A DNA stretch of 63,807 bases, counting the filler, from Pirum gemmata (lineage: Eukaryota), in NCBI GenBank assembly GCA_002812295.1. It is 14 parts of 14 records of this genome, joined end to end, with 100 filler letters (N's around TTAATTAATTAA, not from the genome) between each part and the next. Parts side by side here need not be neighbours in the genome. Positions count along the whole stretch, not along the records: positions 59,407 to 63,807 come from PDIN01001209.1; 13 more parts are not named here. One strand, given 5' to 3'. The position numbers and the translations under genes are program-made. The notes beneath the pieces were generated by a model, which worked only from the letters and a program-made list of their open reading frames with translations, was not told the DNA's origin and made no database searches. Shown here piece after piece: positions 63,106 to 63,807 of the stretch; the first letter of the stretch is position 1; every line of letters begins with the position of its first letter.

Positions 63106-63578
63106 TTAAAATAAAAAAAAAAAAAGTTAAAAAAAAAAAAAAAAAAAAAAAAAAGAATAAAGTTTTCAAAACAGGAAGAAACAGAGTGTCCAGTACATCT
63201 ACTTTTTCTACATACAAACAAACTTAATCAACATTAATAAATTGTAATCATCAAAACAATCAAAATAATAAACTTCTCCTCAACAAAAGAGGTTTCTTTC
63301 AGTTTCTTTCAGAACTAAAACTCTGTTGGTTGTAACTACAGAGTAAATTTAACCCTGTTCCTATAAGCCTCATAGCATCCTGAAACCCATAACCATAATT
63401 TCAAATATTTTCAAATGTCTTAATAATTTTAAAAAAAGAAAAATGAAAGAATTAGAAAACTCTAATCACAACTTAAAAATTATTAATACACCCTTCTCTG
63501 TGTTACAGTTAAAAAAAAACAATAATAATAAAAAAACACCCACACACTCTCACACACTCACACATACAACGGTGTGTA

Positions 63579-63761
63579 CTATATTCTTTTACACAATTCT
63601 CGGAATTTACACACATTGCAACTACTAATCATTTCTGTCATTTCAAATTTTTCTTTCGGTAGAGGTTTATTATTAACTTTGTTTTCCAGATAGGAATACA
63701 TTTCTTTTGTTTCTTCCGAGACAGAGTGCACTAGCTTTTCGGGTTCACAAGGAAATTCTAT
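63579..63761 (-). CDS. Terminal exon of a PD-(D/E)XK nuclease with Cas4/AddB/Exo5-type Fe-S cysteine motif (5' exons not in window)
   Basis: ttttgtAG|IEFPCEPEKLVHSVSEETKEMYSYLENKVNNKPLPKEKFEMTEMISSCNVCKFRELCKRI* ends in CxxCxFxxxC. Confidence 0.6.
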   Translation of the reverse strand: MEFPCEPEKLVHSVSEETKEMYSYLENKVNNKPLPKEKFEMTEMISSCNVCKFRELCKRI

Positions 63762-63807
63762 CTACAAAATAATAATAATAATAATAATAATAAGAATAAG
63801 AATAAGA

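Overview
Very AT-rich, microsatellite-laden eukaryotic DNA with GT-AG spliceosomal introns, the standard genetic code and TTAGGG-type telomeric repeats. The window is not one locus. It is 14 scaffolds, mostly about 4.4 kb, joined by 13 artificial 100-bp linkers (44 N + TTAATTAATTAA + 44 N), so gene neighbourhood across linkers is meaningless. Supported genes: two convergent germin/spherulin-like cupins, a 3-exon TruA pseudouridine synthase, three LRR surface proteins, an MFS sugar porter, a membrane-anchored pectin-acetylesterase/Notum-like hydrolase, a GH128-like beta-1,3-glucanase, a six-blade kelch protein and a secreted Cys/Pro/coiled-coil protein. There are also SDR and thioester-reductase exons resembling an ATRR-type NRPS-like enzyme, and a terminal exon missed by the ORF track that carries a Cas4/AddB/Exo5-type CxxCxFxxxC motif. 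Non-coding DNA is dominated by several MITE families (one with about 15 copies), interstitial telomeric arrays, TAGC/CTAG-rich islands and decayed hAT, P-element-like and Ty3/gypsy fragments. The most interesting signals are telomeric arrays apparently inserted at small deletions and used as an intron 3' end, an intron built from TACTAA repeats with amplified CAG|GT sites, and an LRR receptor family with a recurrent Cys island module. A small Cys module is also shared between the glucanase and one LRR protein. The organism is possibly a unicellular holozoan such as an ichthyosporean, but this is inference only. All family calls come from motif recognition by eye; no searches were run.
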